This document shows, one piece after another, positions 29,539-41,552 of a stretch of 64,000 nt of DNA. Both the position numbers and the translations under genes were made by a program. How positions within the stretch are numbered: position 1 is the first letter of the stretch; every line of letters starts with the position of its first letter. The notes beneath the pieces were generated by a model. The model searched no databases. It worked only from the letters and a program-made list of their open reading frames with translations, and had not been told where the DNA came from. The stretch is from Octopus vulgaris (Eukaryota), in assembly GCA_951406725.2 (NCBI GenBank), contig OX597828.1, forward strand, positions 18,352,001 through 18,416,000. The letters run 5' to 3'.

Positions 29539-30098
29539 AAAGTCTCCTTCAAATTGCAACCTGTCTTCTTACAAAACCGAACGGCACTAAACACATTATG
29601 AAATATAGTTCTAGATACACAGAGAGTACGAATAGCAGGCATGTTTTCGAGCATATGTTTAATCGATTCCTGGCTGACCTGCACATAAACAACAGCAGCA
29701 AATAATACAAACCTGACGGAAAATAGTATCTACCGTGACACAGTTCTCTCATACCGCCAGTCGAAACTCTATTCAAACTATATGTAGCTCAAGTTTCGCA
29801 TAGAATACTAGTGATATCAGAACATTGTGAATTTGGGCAAAAAGGAAATAAAGAAATACAACGTGTTGGGATTTCAAACCGATATTATGGCTGCCAATAA
29901 TGTTTTTATTTTCGTATTTGCTATGAAGTTTTGGTAGGGAAGGGTCATAAGGGATGAAATGATATATAAGGAAGTTCGAGAAATGTAGGCTAGAGATATC
30001 AGAAATCTGAAGAAAACGAGACAAATGTTCTATCAATGGTTACGGGAGCTCTAGGTGGTTCTATTCTGAAGAATCGTTCTCTCATCGTGGAACTACTT

Positions 30099-30196
<98 letters not shown>

Positions 30197-30290
30197 TATA
30201 TATGTATATATATGCGTGTGTGTATATGTATATATGTATATATATGTTTATATATATATATAGATGCGTGTGTGTGTATATGTATCTATG

Positions 30291-30396
<106 letters not shown>

Positions 30397-30642
30397 ACAC
30401 ACACACATACACACCGAGTCTCAACAGAGACTGCAGTCATACGAATTATTGAACACTCCTGCTATCTGAAGAGAGAAAGTTGTTGTCGATTTTCCGTGCT
30501 TTTTTTTTTGCATTTGCTTTTGTTTTGTTTTATCTTATTTATTTATTTATTTATTTTGTTATTTTTTTTTTTGTCTGGAGTCTTCAGAGTTAATGGAAAT
30601 AAACTATATTTTCATTTTCCAGTTCTCAGTCCCAATACTGTC

Positions 30643-30674
<32 letters not shown>

Positions 30675-30896
30675 TAATAATAATAATAACAACAACAACG
30701 ACGACAACTAATGCTCTACAACCAAGACCACCACTGCCTCCACCACCAACAGTAATAATAATAACAACATCAATAATAACACAGTGAGTTTATTATGGTA
30801 TGTTATTATGTACACATCCCTTTGAGCTATATTCTCTTTAGTGTAATAGCGAAAATAAAATAGCAGAAACTAGAAACTTTGTGCTAATATTATTGG

Positions 30897-30993
<97 letters not shown>

Positions 30994-31031
30994 ATACATA
31001 TATATATATCTTTATATGTATATATATATAT

Positions 31032-31089
<58 letters not shown>

Positions 31090-31106
31090 CTTTATATATA
31101 TATGTG

Positions 31107-31174
<68 letters not shown>

Positions 31175-32001
31175 CGAATTTAGTCAAGGCCTTCGAGAAA
31201 ACTTATTGCCGAAAGCCCAAGTTAAAGCGATAGCGAAATAGCGAAAGTGAAAGCACACGATTCAATTTTTTTTTGTATGAGAATTCAATCATCATCTATC
31301 CTATAGCTACACTGTAAGTCTCACGATCTATCTATCTCTCTCCCTCTCCCTCTGTGTTCCTCCCCGCCATATTTCTTTTTTTTTTTTTTTTGGTTTCCTT
31401 TCTCTCTCACTCTCTGTTTATCCCCCCATATTTTCTCTCCCCCTCTCTCTCTCTCTTACTGTTTCTTTGGTCTTCTTTGTCTCCGCTTTACCTCAGTGTA
31501 AAGCTTCATCGAAAACTCGCTCAGTATGTTTGGCTATAAACTCGAGACGAGAATTAATAGAAACACAAAAGAGCGTATGGAGCGAATATTTTTCAGTATA
31601 TTTAAACATCTTCACTTGCATTGTAAAGAAATGTCGGAGGTTAAAACATCGAATTAATGCGAGGCAAAAGAATAAGGAAAGATCGCGAGAACAGAAGCAA
31701 TATTATTAATGGCAGTTATTAACTCTTTCGTGGTTACAGATTAGCGAGTATATGTCCACAGGTAAAGATGGTTTTACTACGGACAATGAAACACATGCAA
31801 AATCCAGCAATGAATGTTTGTGACTTAGAAGAAGTAAGAACAAAATATAAAGGGAGATAAATATGTAATAGTTACAAGTTAAGGAATACAAAACAGCGAA
31901 GGAAAGAGAGAGAGAGATGAGTGAGGATAGCAAACCTTTTGGTTGAGAGATTGCTGTATGTAATAGATTATTTTTTTCTCTTTCTTACGTGAATCTGAAT
32001 A

Positions 32002-32231
32002 TATTTCTTTACTACCCACAAGGGGCTAAACACAGAGGGGACAAACAAGGACAGACAAACGGATTAAGTCGATTACATCGACCCCAGTGCGTAACTGGTA
32101 CTTAATTTATCGACCCCGAAAGGATGAAAGGCAAAGTCGACCTCGACGGAATTTGAACTCAGAACGTACCGGCAGACGAAATACGGCTACGCATTTCGCC
32201 CGGCGTGCTAACGTTTCTGCCAGCTCGCCGC
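32002..32231 (-). mobile_element. SINE family A full-length monomer with 21-bp TSD
   Basis: TTTCTTACGTGAAT(C/T)TGAATA at 31981-32001 and 32233-32253. Confidence 0.88.
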
Positions 32232-32869
32232 TTTTCTTACGTGAATTTGAATAGCGTTGATCTAACTCTTTAACCCGTGGTAACTGCTTTGTCATTTTCT
32301 CTACCAATAAGTAACCTAACGCATTGTATATTTCATTCCATTTTAGGAGGGTTTTTTCCCTCCTCTGGAAGAAATGGCGTCACTGACTTGTCTTCTATTT
32401 TTTTTATTTCTTTCAGTCATTAGACAGCGACCATACTGGGGCACCACCTTGAAGAATTTTAGTCGATCGAATTTACTCCGGTGTTTTGTTTTTTTTTATT
32501 TTATTTTATGTCTGGTACTTATTCCATTGGTCTCTTTTGCCGAACCGCTAGGTTGCAGGGATGCAAACACACCAACAGCGGTTGTGAAGTGGTGGTGAGG
32601 GACAAACACAGACACATAAACATACACTCGCATACACAAACTCACATACACACATATACAACGGGCTTCTTTCAGTTTCTTATTTCTTTGTTTCCCACAA
32701 GGGACTAAACACACTGAGGGGACAAACAAGGACAGACAAAGGGATTAAGTCGATTACATCCACCTCAGTGCATATTTTAAAAGGTGTATAGTTAAAAGGT
32801 GTATATTTAAAAGCACAAGAAAGATAAGATCTATAAATCGGCGCCAACTTTCCGGACAACCCAATACAA

Positions 32870-33418
32870 TAGGCACAAATCCTGAAATTTAGAGGGAGGG
32901 AGTACAGTCGATTAGATCGACCCCAGTACGCTACTGGTACTTATTTTATCGACCCCGAAAGGATGAAAGGCAAAGTCGACCTCGGCGGAATTTGAATTTA
33001 GAACGTAAAGATAGACGAAATACCGCTAAGCATTTTGCCCGGCGTGCTAGAGTTTCTTATTTCTTTCTTTCCCACAAGGGGCTAAACATAGAGGGGAAAA
33101 ACAAGGACAGACAATGGGATTAAGTCGACTACATCGAACCCAGTGCGTAACTGGTACTTAATTTATTGACCCCGAAAGGATGAAAGGCAAAGTCGACCAC
33201 AGAACGTAAAGACAGACGAAATACCTATTTCTTTACTACCCACAAGGGGCTACACACAGAGAGGACAAACAAAGACAGACAAACGGATTAAGTCGATTAT
33301 ATCGACCCCAATGCGAAACTGGCAAGGTCGACCTCGGCGACTCAGAATGTAACGGCAGACGAAATACTGCTAAGCATTTCGCCCGGCGTGCTAACGTTTC
33401 TGCCAGCTCGCCGCCTTA
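32870..33418 (-). mobile_element. SINE family A multimer
   Basis: Three head-to-tail partial units. Confidence 0.8.
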
Positions 33419-34459
33419 TGACAAACAGATAATGCATTAGCAGTATCGTTAGAACTTCGAAAAAATATGCATTGTGTCAATTCTTCCGACTCGCTACGTT
33501 GTAATTTCAATTTCCTCCGATGTCAGCTTTGCTTTTCGTCACTCCGGGGTTGTTAAATTAAAGTACCCGTCAATTACCTAGGTCGATGTCCTTACCGACT
33601 AATCACCTTCAGGCAAAATTCCTGGCCTTGAGTCGAGATTAGAAACCATTTAGAGAGAGAGAGGGAAAATAACAAGCCCTGTTTAATGCAGAAATCTCAA
33701 TCTTTCTTAACCCTCTTAATGTACACTCACTGCAAACTAATTACTTGTCAAACAGATATCCAATGAATTTTACTGCACCACTTTTAGATCCAGTTATTAA
33801 AGCCACACGTGTCTCATTATCCATTACACCTGCAGTCAATCAACTCGCATTTCACCCTCTCTCGTTACGTTTTATACCACATTAACTAGCCCTAACCAGT
33901 TTTCTGACTCTAGTTAATTCTTCCAGTCCGTGGATGTTGACAACTGTCAAAATGTGACAAATTCTTCGTTCCTTGCAAAACCAAACAAAATCGTTGGAGC
34001 TATAATTTTTTAGTCATTATCCAGAGATATCGCCTTCTTCAAATGGACTGTAATATTCACAGTAAATACTCGTATTTCTCTTCTCTTTTATTTAATTTCA
34101 TCATTCCAAATGAGTTCTCAAAAATAATTTTCTTTCGGTGTGCTTGATTTTTATTGCAGCTTTGGACGGGATTAGTGGAATGGTAGAAACGTAAGAGCTT
34201 CTGACAAAAATGTCATGTGGAATTTCTTCTGATTCTTCACGCCTGAGTTTAAATCACGTTCAGGTCATCTTGGCTTTTCTTCCTTCCAGGATCGATTAAA
34301 TAAAGCACAAGTATTGTACTAGATTCAATGGTATCGACTATACTCACCTTATCTTAAAATTGCTAGTCTTATGCCGAATAAAAATGCGAAGTACCGGTAT
34401 ATGTGATTATTATTAAATCGCGGATCTCGAGATTCGCGAGTTCTGGAAAGCTTCCACTT

Positions 34460-35018
34460 ATTATTTTCTACTCTAGGCACAAGGCCTGAAATTATAGGGG
34501 AGGTGCCAGTCGATTAGATCGACCCCAGGACGCAACTGGTAAATGAAAGGCAAAGTCGACCTCAACGGAATTTGAACTCAGAACTTAAAGACAAACGAAA
34601 TACCTACTTCTTTACTACCCACAAGGGGCTAAACACAGAGAAGACAAACAAGGACAGATAAACGGATTAAGTCGATTTTATCGACCCCAGTGAGTAACTG
34701 GTACTTATTTAATCGACCCCGAAAGGATGAAAGGCAAAGTCGACCTCAGTGGAATTTGAACTCAGAACGTAGCGGCAGACGAAATACCTATTTCTTTACT
34801 GCCCACAAGGGGCTACACACAGAGGGGACAAACAAGGACAGACAAACGGATTAAGTCGATTATATCGACCCCTGTGCGTAACTGGTACTTATTTAATCGA
34901 CCCCGAAAGTATGAAAGGCAAAGTCGACCTCGGCGGAATTTGAACTCAGAACGTGGCGGCAGACGAAATACCGCTAAGCATTTTTACCTTGCATGCTAAT
35001 GATTCTGCCAGCTCGCCG
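34460..35018 (-). mobile_element. SINE family A trimer
   Basis: Repeated ~180-bp units joined at GAAATACCTA(T/C)TTC. Confidence 0.85.
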
Positions 35019-36216
35019 TTTTTGAGATGATGTAATAATATCCAGTTAGCACATGTAATAATATCTGGTGATCGTTGAAGAGTCCAGAAACCTAGATTTA
35101 CAGAGTGCTGTGTCAGCTTATATGAAATCAATGAGTGGTCACGAGTGAGGCTTCTTTTATCTGTGGAATTCTCAATTTTGCTTTCCTTAGCTGCAAGTTA
35201 TAATAAATTGATCCTGTGTTTCGTTTGAAGATATTAATGATCAATTTTGCTTTCTTGCAATTTAAGCCAACTTATCGGAAAATTTCAAATCTACTAAACA
35301 CATTTCCCACCTCAAAGCGTTATGTAAGAGCCTTCATGCGCATTTTCTGATATGCTGGAAATAGTAGCCAAATCTACCTTGTATCTCATCCTACCGTCTT
35401 ACGAAAATAAGACGAAGCATGCGTTAGGTAACGTTGTGTGTAAGAGACTCAGGTGGATGTTCACAAAAAAGATGTCTTGGATACATACCATGAGGGAGTA
35501 ATCGGTGCTTAAATCTGAAAATATATTTCCAGATCACGACCTAAGAATAAGAGAAACCAAAGATGATAATGCTGACATTGGTATGTATATATACTCTAAC
35601 TTTTTATACGGCTTTCAAGAATTCAGTCGAAGAAATTGAGCGCAATAATTATTCGAATAACACAAAAAGAAGTTACGATGACGTAAAAAAAACCAAGAAT
35701 GGTTGCTAAGCGGCAGTCAGGGACAAGCACAAACACAAAGACTCACATAGACATACACACACACACATATACACACGTGCACACACACACATGCAGAAAC
35801 GTATACGCGCACTCGGGTGCGCATAAATACACGCGATGTCCTTGCGCACAATTTCCCCTCTACCAAATTTCCTCACAAGCTATTGGTTACTTCCGGGCTA
35901 TAGAAGATTCTCGCCCAAGGTGCCGTTAAATGACTACGCCGTAAACAAACCAGCACCGGTTGTCAAACGATACCCCCACCATAACAGAAGATTTTCTTGA
36001 CATGTATAATAGTGGCTGTCATAATTAGGGAATATCGTATGAACAAATAAATCCGAAATAAATCTGGATGACTTTATATTATGAATATTAAGGCTATATT
36101 ATTACACATAACGATGTTTATCTTTCTCTAATCCTTGCTTAATGCATAAGATACGAAAGTATCACTACAAACCAGAGAATTATTCATGAATGTTAAAGCA
36201 TAAAAATATTTTACGG

Positions 36217-36305
<89 letters not shown>

Positions 36306-36324
36306 CCATTACTTATATTAGAAA

Positions 36325-36882
36325 ATGAGTTCAAATTCCGCCGAGGTCGACTTTACCTTTCATCCTTTCGGGGTCGATAAATTAAGTACCAATAACGTAC
36401 TGGGGTCGCTCAAATCGACTGGCAGCCACCATCCCAATTTCAGGCCTTGCGCCTATAGTAGAAAGGATTATCTATTTCTCATAAGGCGGCGAGCTGGCAG
36501 AACCGTTAGCACGCCGGGCGAAATGCGTAGCCGTATTTCGTCTGCCGTTACGCTCTGAGTTCCAATTCCGCCGAGGTCGACTTTGCCTTTCATCCTTTTG
36601 GGGTTGATAAATTAAGTACCAGTTACGCACTGGGGTCGATGTAATCGACTTAATCCGTTTGACTGTCATTGTTTGTCCCCTCTGTTTAGCCCCTTGTGGG
36701 TAATAAAGAAACAAGTATTTTGTCTGTCTTTACGTTCTGAGTTCAAATTCCGCCGAGGTCGACTTTGCTTTTCCTCCTCTCGGGGCTGGTAATTAAGTAC
36801 CAGTTGCGTACAGGGGTCGATCTAATCGACTGAACCCATCCCCCAAAATTTCGGGCCTTGTGCCTAGAATAGAAAAGATTAT
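36325..36882 (+). mobile_element. SINE family A cluster (truncated monomer + dimer)
   Basis: Same head, core and tail motifs. Confidence 0.82.
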
Positions 36883-37339
36883 TTTGAATGGTGACGAAAT
36901 TACCATGCACTATCAAAACACATCTTTTTGATTTATTGTTAAAAGCAGAAATCAGGCAGAAGCTCGTTGGTGCGTAGCACAAAATTTATAGCGGCATTTT
37001 TCAAGTTTCCTACGTCCAGAACTCAAACCTCGCTGTGTTGAGAAAATAAGTACCAATTGAACACCGTTGCTGGTATACTCAACCCTTTTCCTAAAATCGC
37101 TAGCCTTGTGCCAAAATTAAAAGGAAATCTAAGGTGACCAGCTGGCAGAATAACGTAACCGAGCCAAACAAAATACTTCACGGCATTGTTATGGCTCGTT
37201 ACGAGGGAAAATTAAAGGGAAAACGAGTCTGTTTATTGACTATCTTTAAATGGTACAGATGAAATTTTGACAGGGCAAGAAACCCTAAAGTATTTACGCG
37301 ACACAGGTAAAGAAGCAATGTCCAGGTGATCAAAATTTT

Positions 37340-38675
37340 GACGAAAAGCCAAAAATTTTAGAGGGATGTGATTAGTCAATACATCATACCTAATATTAGA
37401 CTGTACTTTATTTTATCGACTCCGAAATTATAAAAGGCAAAGTTGACGTCAGTAGGATTTGAACACGGAACGTAAAGAATCTGAACAAATACTACAACGC
37501 AATCGCCCGATGGTCTTACGATTCCACTTGCTCACCGCCTTCGGCTACTGTATGATTCTTTCTACTATAAGCACAAGACCCGAAATACGGGTGAAGGGTA
37601 ATTCGGTTAAATCAGCTCAAGTGTTTGACTGGTACATATTTTATCAACCCTGAAATGAATGGAAGGTAAAGTCGACCCTAGCGGCGTTTGAACTCAGAAC
37701 GTAAGGCCAGAAGGAATGCGGTTAAGTATTTTGTCAAGTGCTGTAACGATGATACCAACACATCGCCCTGTGTTCATGTATAATGCTTTCTACTATAGGC
37801 ACAAGGCCTGAAATTTGTAGGGAGGGAGCTAAGTCGATTACATCGATCCCAGTGCATAACTGGTACTTATTTTCTAGAAACCTGAAAAGAAGAAAGGTAA
37901 AGTCGACCTCGGCGAAATTTGAACTCAGATCGTAAAGACAAGCGAAATACCTATTTCTTTACTACCCACAAGGAGCTAAACACAGAGAGGGCAAATAAGG
38001 ACAGACAAACGGATTAAGTTAATTACATCGACCCCAGTGCGTAACTGGTACTTAATTTATCGACCCCGAAAGGATGAAAGGCAAAGTCGATCTCGGCGAA
38101 ATTGGAACTCAGAACGTAAAGACAGACGAAATACCGCTAGACATTTCGCCCGGCGTGCTAAAGTTTCTGCCAGCTCGCCGCCTTAACGATTCGTATTTCT
38201 TTATTGCCCACAAGGGGCTAAACATAGAGAGTATAAACAAGGACATACAAATGGATTAAGTCGATCACATCGACCCCAGCGCGTAACTGGTACAAAGGCG
38301 GCGAGCTGGTAGAAACGTTAGCACGCCGGGCGAAATGCTTATCGGTATTTCGTCTGCGTTACGTTGTGAGTTCAAATTCCGCCGAGGTCGACTTTGCCTT
38401 TCATCCTTTTGGGGTCGATAAATTAAGTACCAGTTACGCACTGGGGTCGATGTAATCGACTTAATACCTATGTCTGTCCTTGTTTGTCCCCTCTGTGTTT
38501 AGCCCCTTGTGGGTAATAAAGAAATAGGTACTTATTTTATCGATCCCCCCCCCCCCGCCGAAAGGAAGAAAGGTAAAGTCGACCTCGGCGGAATTTGAAC
38601 TCAGAACATAAAGACGAGCGAAATACCGCTAAGTATTTCATCCAGCGTGCTAACGATTCTGCCAGCTCACCCCCT
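37340..38675 (-). mobile_element. SINE family A cluster, including an antiparallel nested copy at 38294-38526
   Basis: At least six units. The nested plus-strand copy is flanked by GGTAC. Confidence 0.8.
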
Positions 38676-39377
38676 TCATTGGGTTCATGTATAATAAAAC
38701 TAGAAATTGCACAGTTTCCAAGACAGCCAAGCGTTAATATGGATTTAGTAAAGTGTGTGTTTATAATAGCGCCTAAATACATAGGTGTTTGAAACAATTA
38801 CCGAAAGCATAGCACCTTACAAATCATATTCATTTGCGAGCGATGGCTTGTTCAGTAAAATGGCCTATTACAATGCTGTATTATATTTTAGTCGTCACCA
38901 GGAGAATGGATAACGGATATGATGGCGATATTCAAGCATGGTCTTGACTATGTTAAGTAAAACATTTTTAAGGTCTAAGGAAGATGCCAAACCGGTCAAA
39001 ACGACCATTATCCTCCGAAGATTTTTATTTCAGACATAGCTGTTATTTTTAGTAGATCTAGCTACCACATAGAGACTTCCTACTTGGCACGAATTTGTCT
39101 GTATGTAGCTGGTGGTGTTTGAAATATCATACTTTAATAGAAATGTCTCATTTAACTGTTTTCCAGAGAGACTGGAGTGTGAAGCCACATTAACTGCTTG
39201 GAGGAGATTCCCCCACCTCCAATTAGCCGAATTTAAAGGGGAAACGAACGCATGGAGCGATGCGTGAGGCAAACCGGAATAACGGGATACAATATCCGCG
39301 ATCTTTCGGATGAGGGGATAAAGAATACATTTTTCGAGTATATCGAATCTTATAAAGTTAATGTTGGACTAACGCAA

Positions 39378-39396
39378 TAACAACAACAACAACAAC

Positions 39397-39447
<51 letters not shown>

Positions 39448-39483
39448 CATATTCATAATAATGATGATAATAATAATAATAAT

Positions 39484-39519
<36 letters not shown>

Positions 39520-39535
39520 CATATTAATAATAATG

Positions 39536-39609
<74 letters not shown>

Positions 39610-39662
39610 AAGAAGAAGAAGAAGAAGAAGAAGAATGATAATAATAAATGCATACATTCGTA

Positions 39663-39704
<42 letters not shown>

Positions 39705-39770
39705 CACATACACACACACACACTCTCTCTTTCTCTCTCTCACACACACACACACACACATACACACATG
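39378..39770. repeat. (AAT)n-(AAG)n-(TA)n-(CA)n compound microsatellite
   Basis: Direct reading. Confidence 0.95.
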
Positions 39771-40564
39771 CATTTTCGGTATCTGTTGCAAATTTGGCAG
39801 GAATTCTGGAAGGTTTTCAAGATACTTCCACCACGCAGCGAGATTTTTTTTTCTCCTTTTTAAAGCCATTGTTTATCTTGTCTCTCCCTGGAATAGTGGC
39901 GATTATAACGGGAAATAATTATATTCTTCGTCCAATTATTTGCTTTTCTGATTATCATTATTATTATTGTTGTTGTTGTTGTTGTTGTTTTCGTTGGTTA
40001 TCGCTTTCTCCTGTCATTCTGATGTGGGTTGAATGAAACAAGCTTCTGAAATTTCCTCCATGTTCTTTTCTTTTTTTTTTTTAAACTGGCTTCAAACCTG
40101 AAGAGTTCGTTGAACCAATCTCAGACCAAAATATGCCAACTACTGGCATGTTATCTTATCGCGTATCTTCTACCTCTTTCAGTCATCAGTTTGCGGCCAA
40201 GCTAGAGCACCGCCTTGAAGAACTTTTAGCAGAATGAAACGACCAGTGTATCTATTTTCTTCTTAAGCCTGGTACTCATCCTATCGGGATCTTCTGCCGA
40301 CACACTGTTAAGGGAAAGCAAACACACTAACACCGGTTGTCAAACGATGTTGTAGAAAACACACACACATAAGCACGCAAGCAAATATATATATATATAT
40401 ATATATAGTTGGAATTTACAGAAAAACAACCGATGTTGGTCTCTTTATGTCCGCATGACTTAGCGGTTCGGCAAAAGAGACCGATAGAATAAGTACTAGT
40501 ATTACAAAGAATAATTTAGATTATTTATATTTGACGGATATTTGTCCTTATCTTGTTTGTTCTT

Positions 40565-40610
40565 AACACAACGTTTCGGCTGATATACCCTCCAGCCTTC
40601 ATCAGGTGTC
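40565..40610 (-). ncRNA. Minimal type I hammerhead ribozyme with palindromic ACGU stem III (PLE-type)
   Basis: GACAC-CUGAUGA-A-GGCUG..CAGCC-GAA-ACGU-U^-GUGUU. Confidence 0.75.
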
Positions 40611-40665
40611 TTGGGGAAATTTCGAACGTGGGTTCTCATTCCTAAGGTATTTTTTCATGTTGTTG

Positions 40666-40726
<61 letters not shown>

Positions 40727-40745
40727 CATTATTATTATTATCATC

Positions 40746-40778
<33 letters not shown>

Positions 40779-40828
40779 CGGTCGAAAATTACCTTAGGAA
40801 TGAGAACTCAGTTTCGAAATTTCCCCAA

Positions 40829-40874
40829 GGCACCTGATGAAGGCTGGAGGGTGTATCAGCAGAAAGGTTGTGTT
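40829..40874 (+). ncRNA. Degenerate copy of the minimal hammerhead
   Basis: GGCAC-CUGAUGA-A-GGCUG..CAGCA-GAAAGGUU-GUGUU, with substitutions in stems II and III. Confidence 0.55.
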
Positions 40875-41077
40875 AACAACAAACAAGATGAGAACACATG
40901 TCCGTCAAATGGAAATAATGTAAATAATATATATAATTCCTTATCTCTTAAATATAGAACTGTATTACAAAGAATAAGTCCTGGTGTCGATTTCTTTGAC
41001 TAAAAATCTTTAAGGCGCTGCTCCCGCATGGGCGCGGTGAAATGACTGGAACAAGTGAAAGAATAAAGAAATAAGTT

Positions 41078-41230
41078 AGTGGATGTGTGGTAAGTAGCTT
41101 GCTTACGAACCACATGGTTCCGGATTCAGTCCTACTGCATGGCACCTTGGGTAAGTGTGTTCTACTATAGCCTCGGGCTGACCAAATCCTTGTGAGTGGA
41201 TTTGATAGACGGAAACTGAAAGAAGCCCGT

Positions 41231-41309
<79 letters not shown>

Positions 41310-41552
41310 GTGTGTATATATATGTGTGTGTGTGTGCTTATATTTTGTGCGCCTGTGTTTGTCCCCCAAACATCGCTTAACAACCGATGCTGGTGTGTTT
41401 ACGACCCCGTAACTTAGAGGTTCGGCAAGAGAGACCGATAGAATAAGTACTAGGTTTACAACGAATAAGTCCCGTGTTCGATTTCCTCGACAAAAGGCGG
41501 TGCTCCAGCATGGCCACAGTCACATGACTGAAACAGGTAAAAGAGTAAAAGA
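41078..41552 (+). mobile_element. SINE family B (tRNA head, CORE-like GCACCTTGGGCAAGTG, internal (TA)n(TG)n, 3' GACTGAAACA.GTAAAAGAG)
   Basis: Related copies at about 4584-4995, 9228-9545, 9745-9880, 12840-12997(-), 32400-32680(-), 40175-40400(-), 41612-41775(-), 50126-50222(-). Confidence 0.8.

Larger units (their letters stand above)
40515..40961. mobile_element. Palindromic HHR-bearing insertion with 16-bp TSD inside a SINE
   Basis: TSD GTATTACAAAGAATAA at 40499-40514 and 40962-40977. Inverted arms ~40520-40656 and ~40783-40928 surround a (TTA)n tract. Confidence 0.85.

Noticed and set aside
32870-35018. Regularly recurring motifs as a CRISPR-like array
   Set aside because: Whole ~180-bp units repeat with no unique spacers; these are SINE multimers
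39166-39262. Possible exon (TTTTCCAG|...|GTGAGG)
   Set aside because: Splice-like motifs alone, no recognisable peptide, and expected by chance in 64 kb
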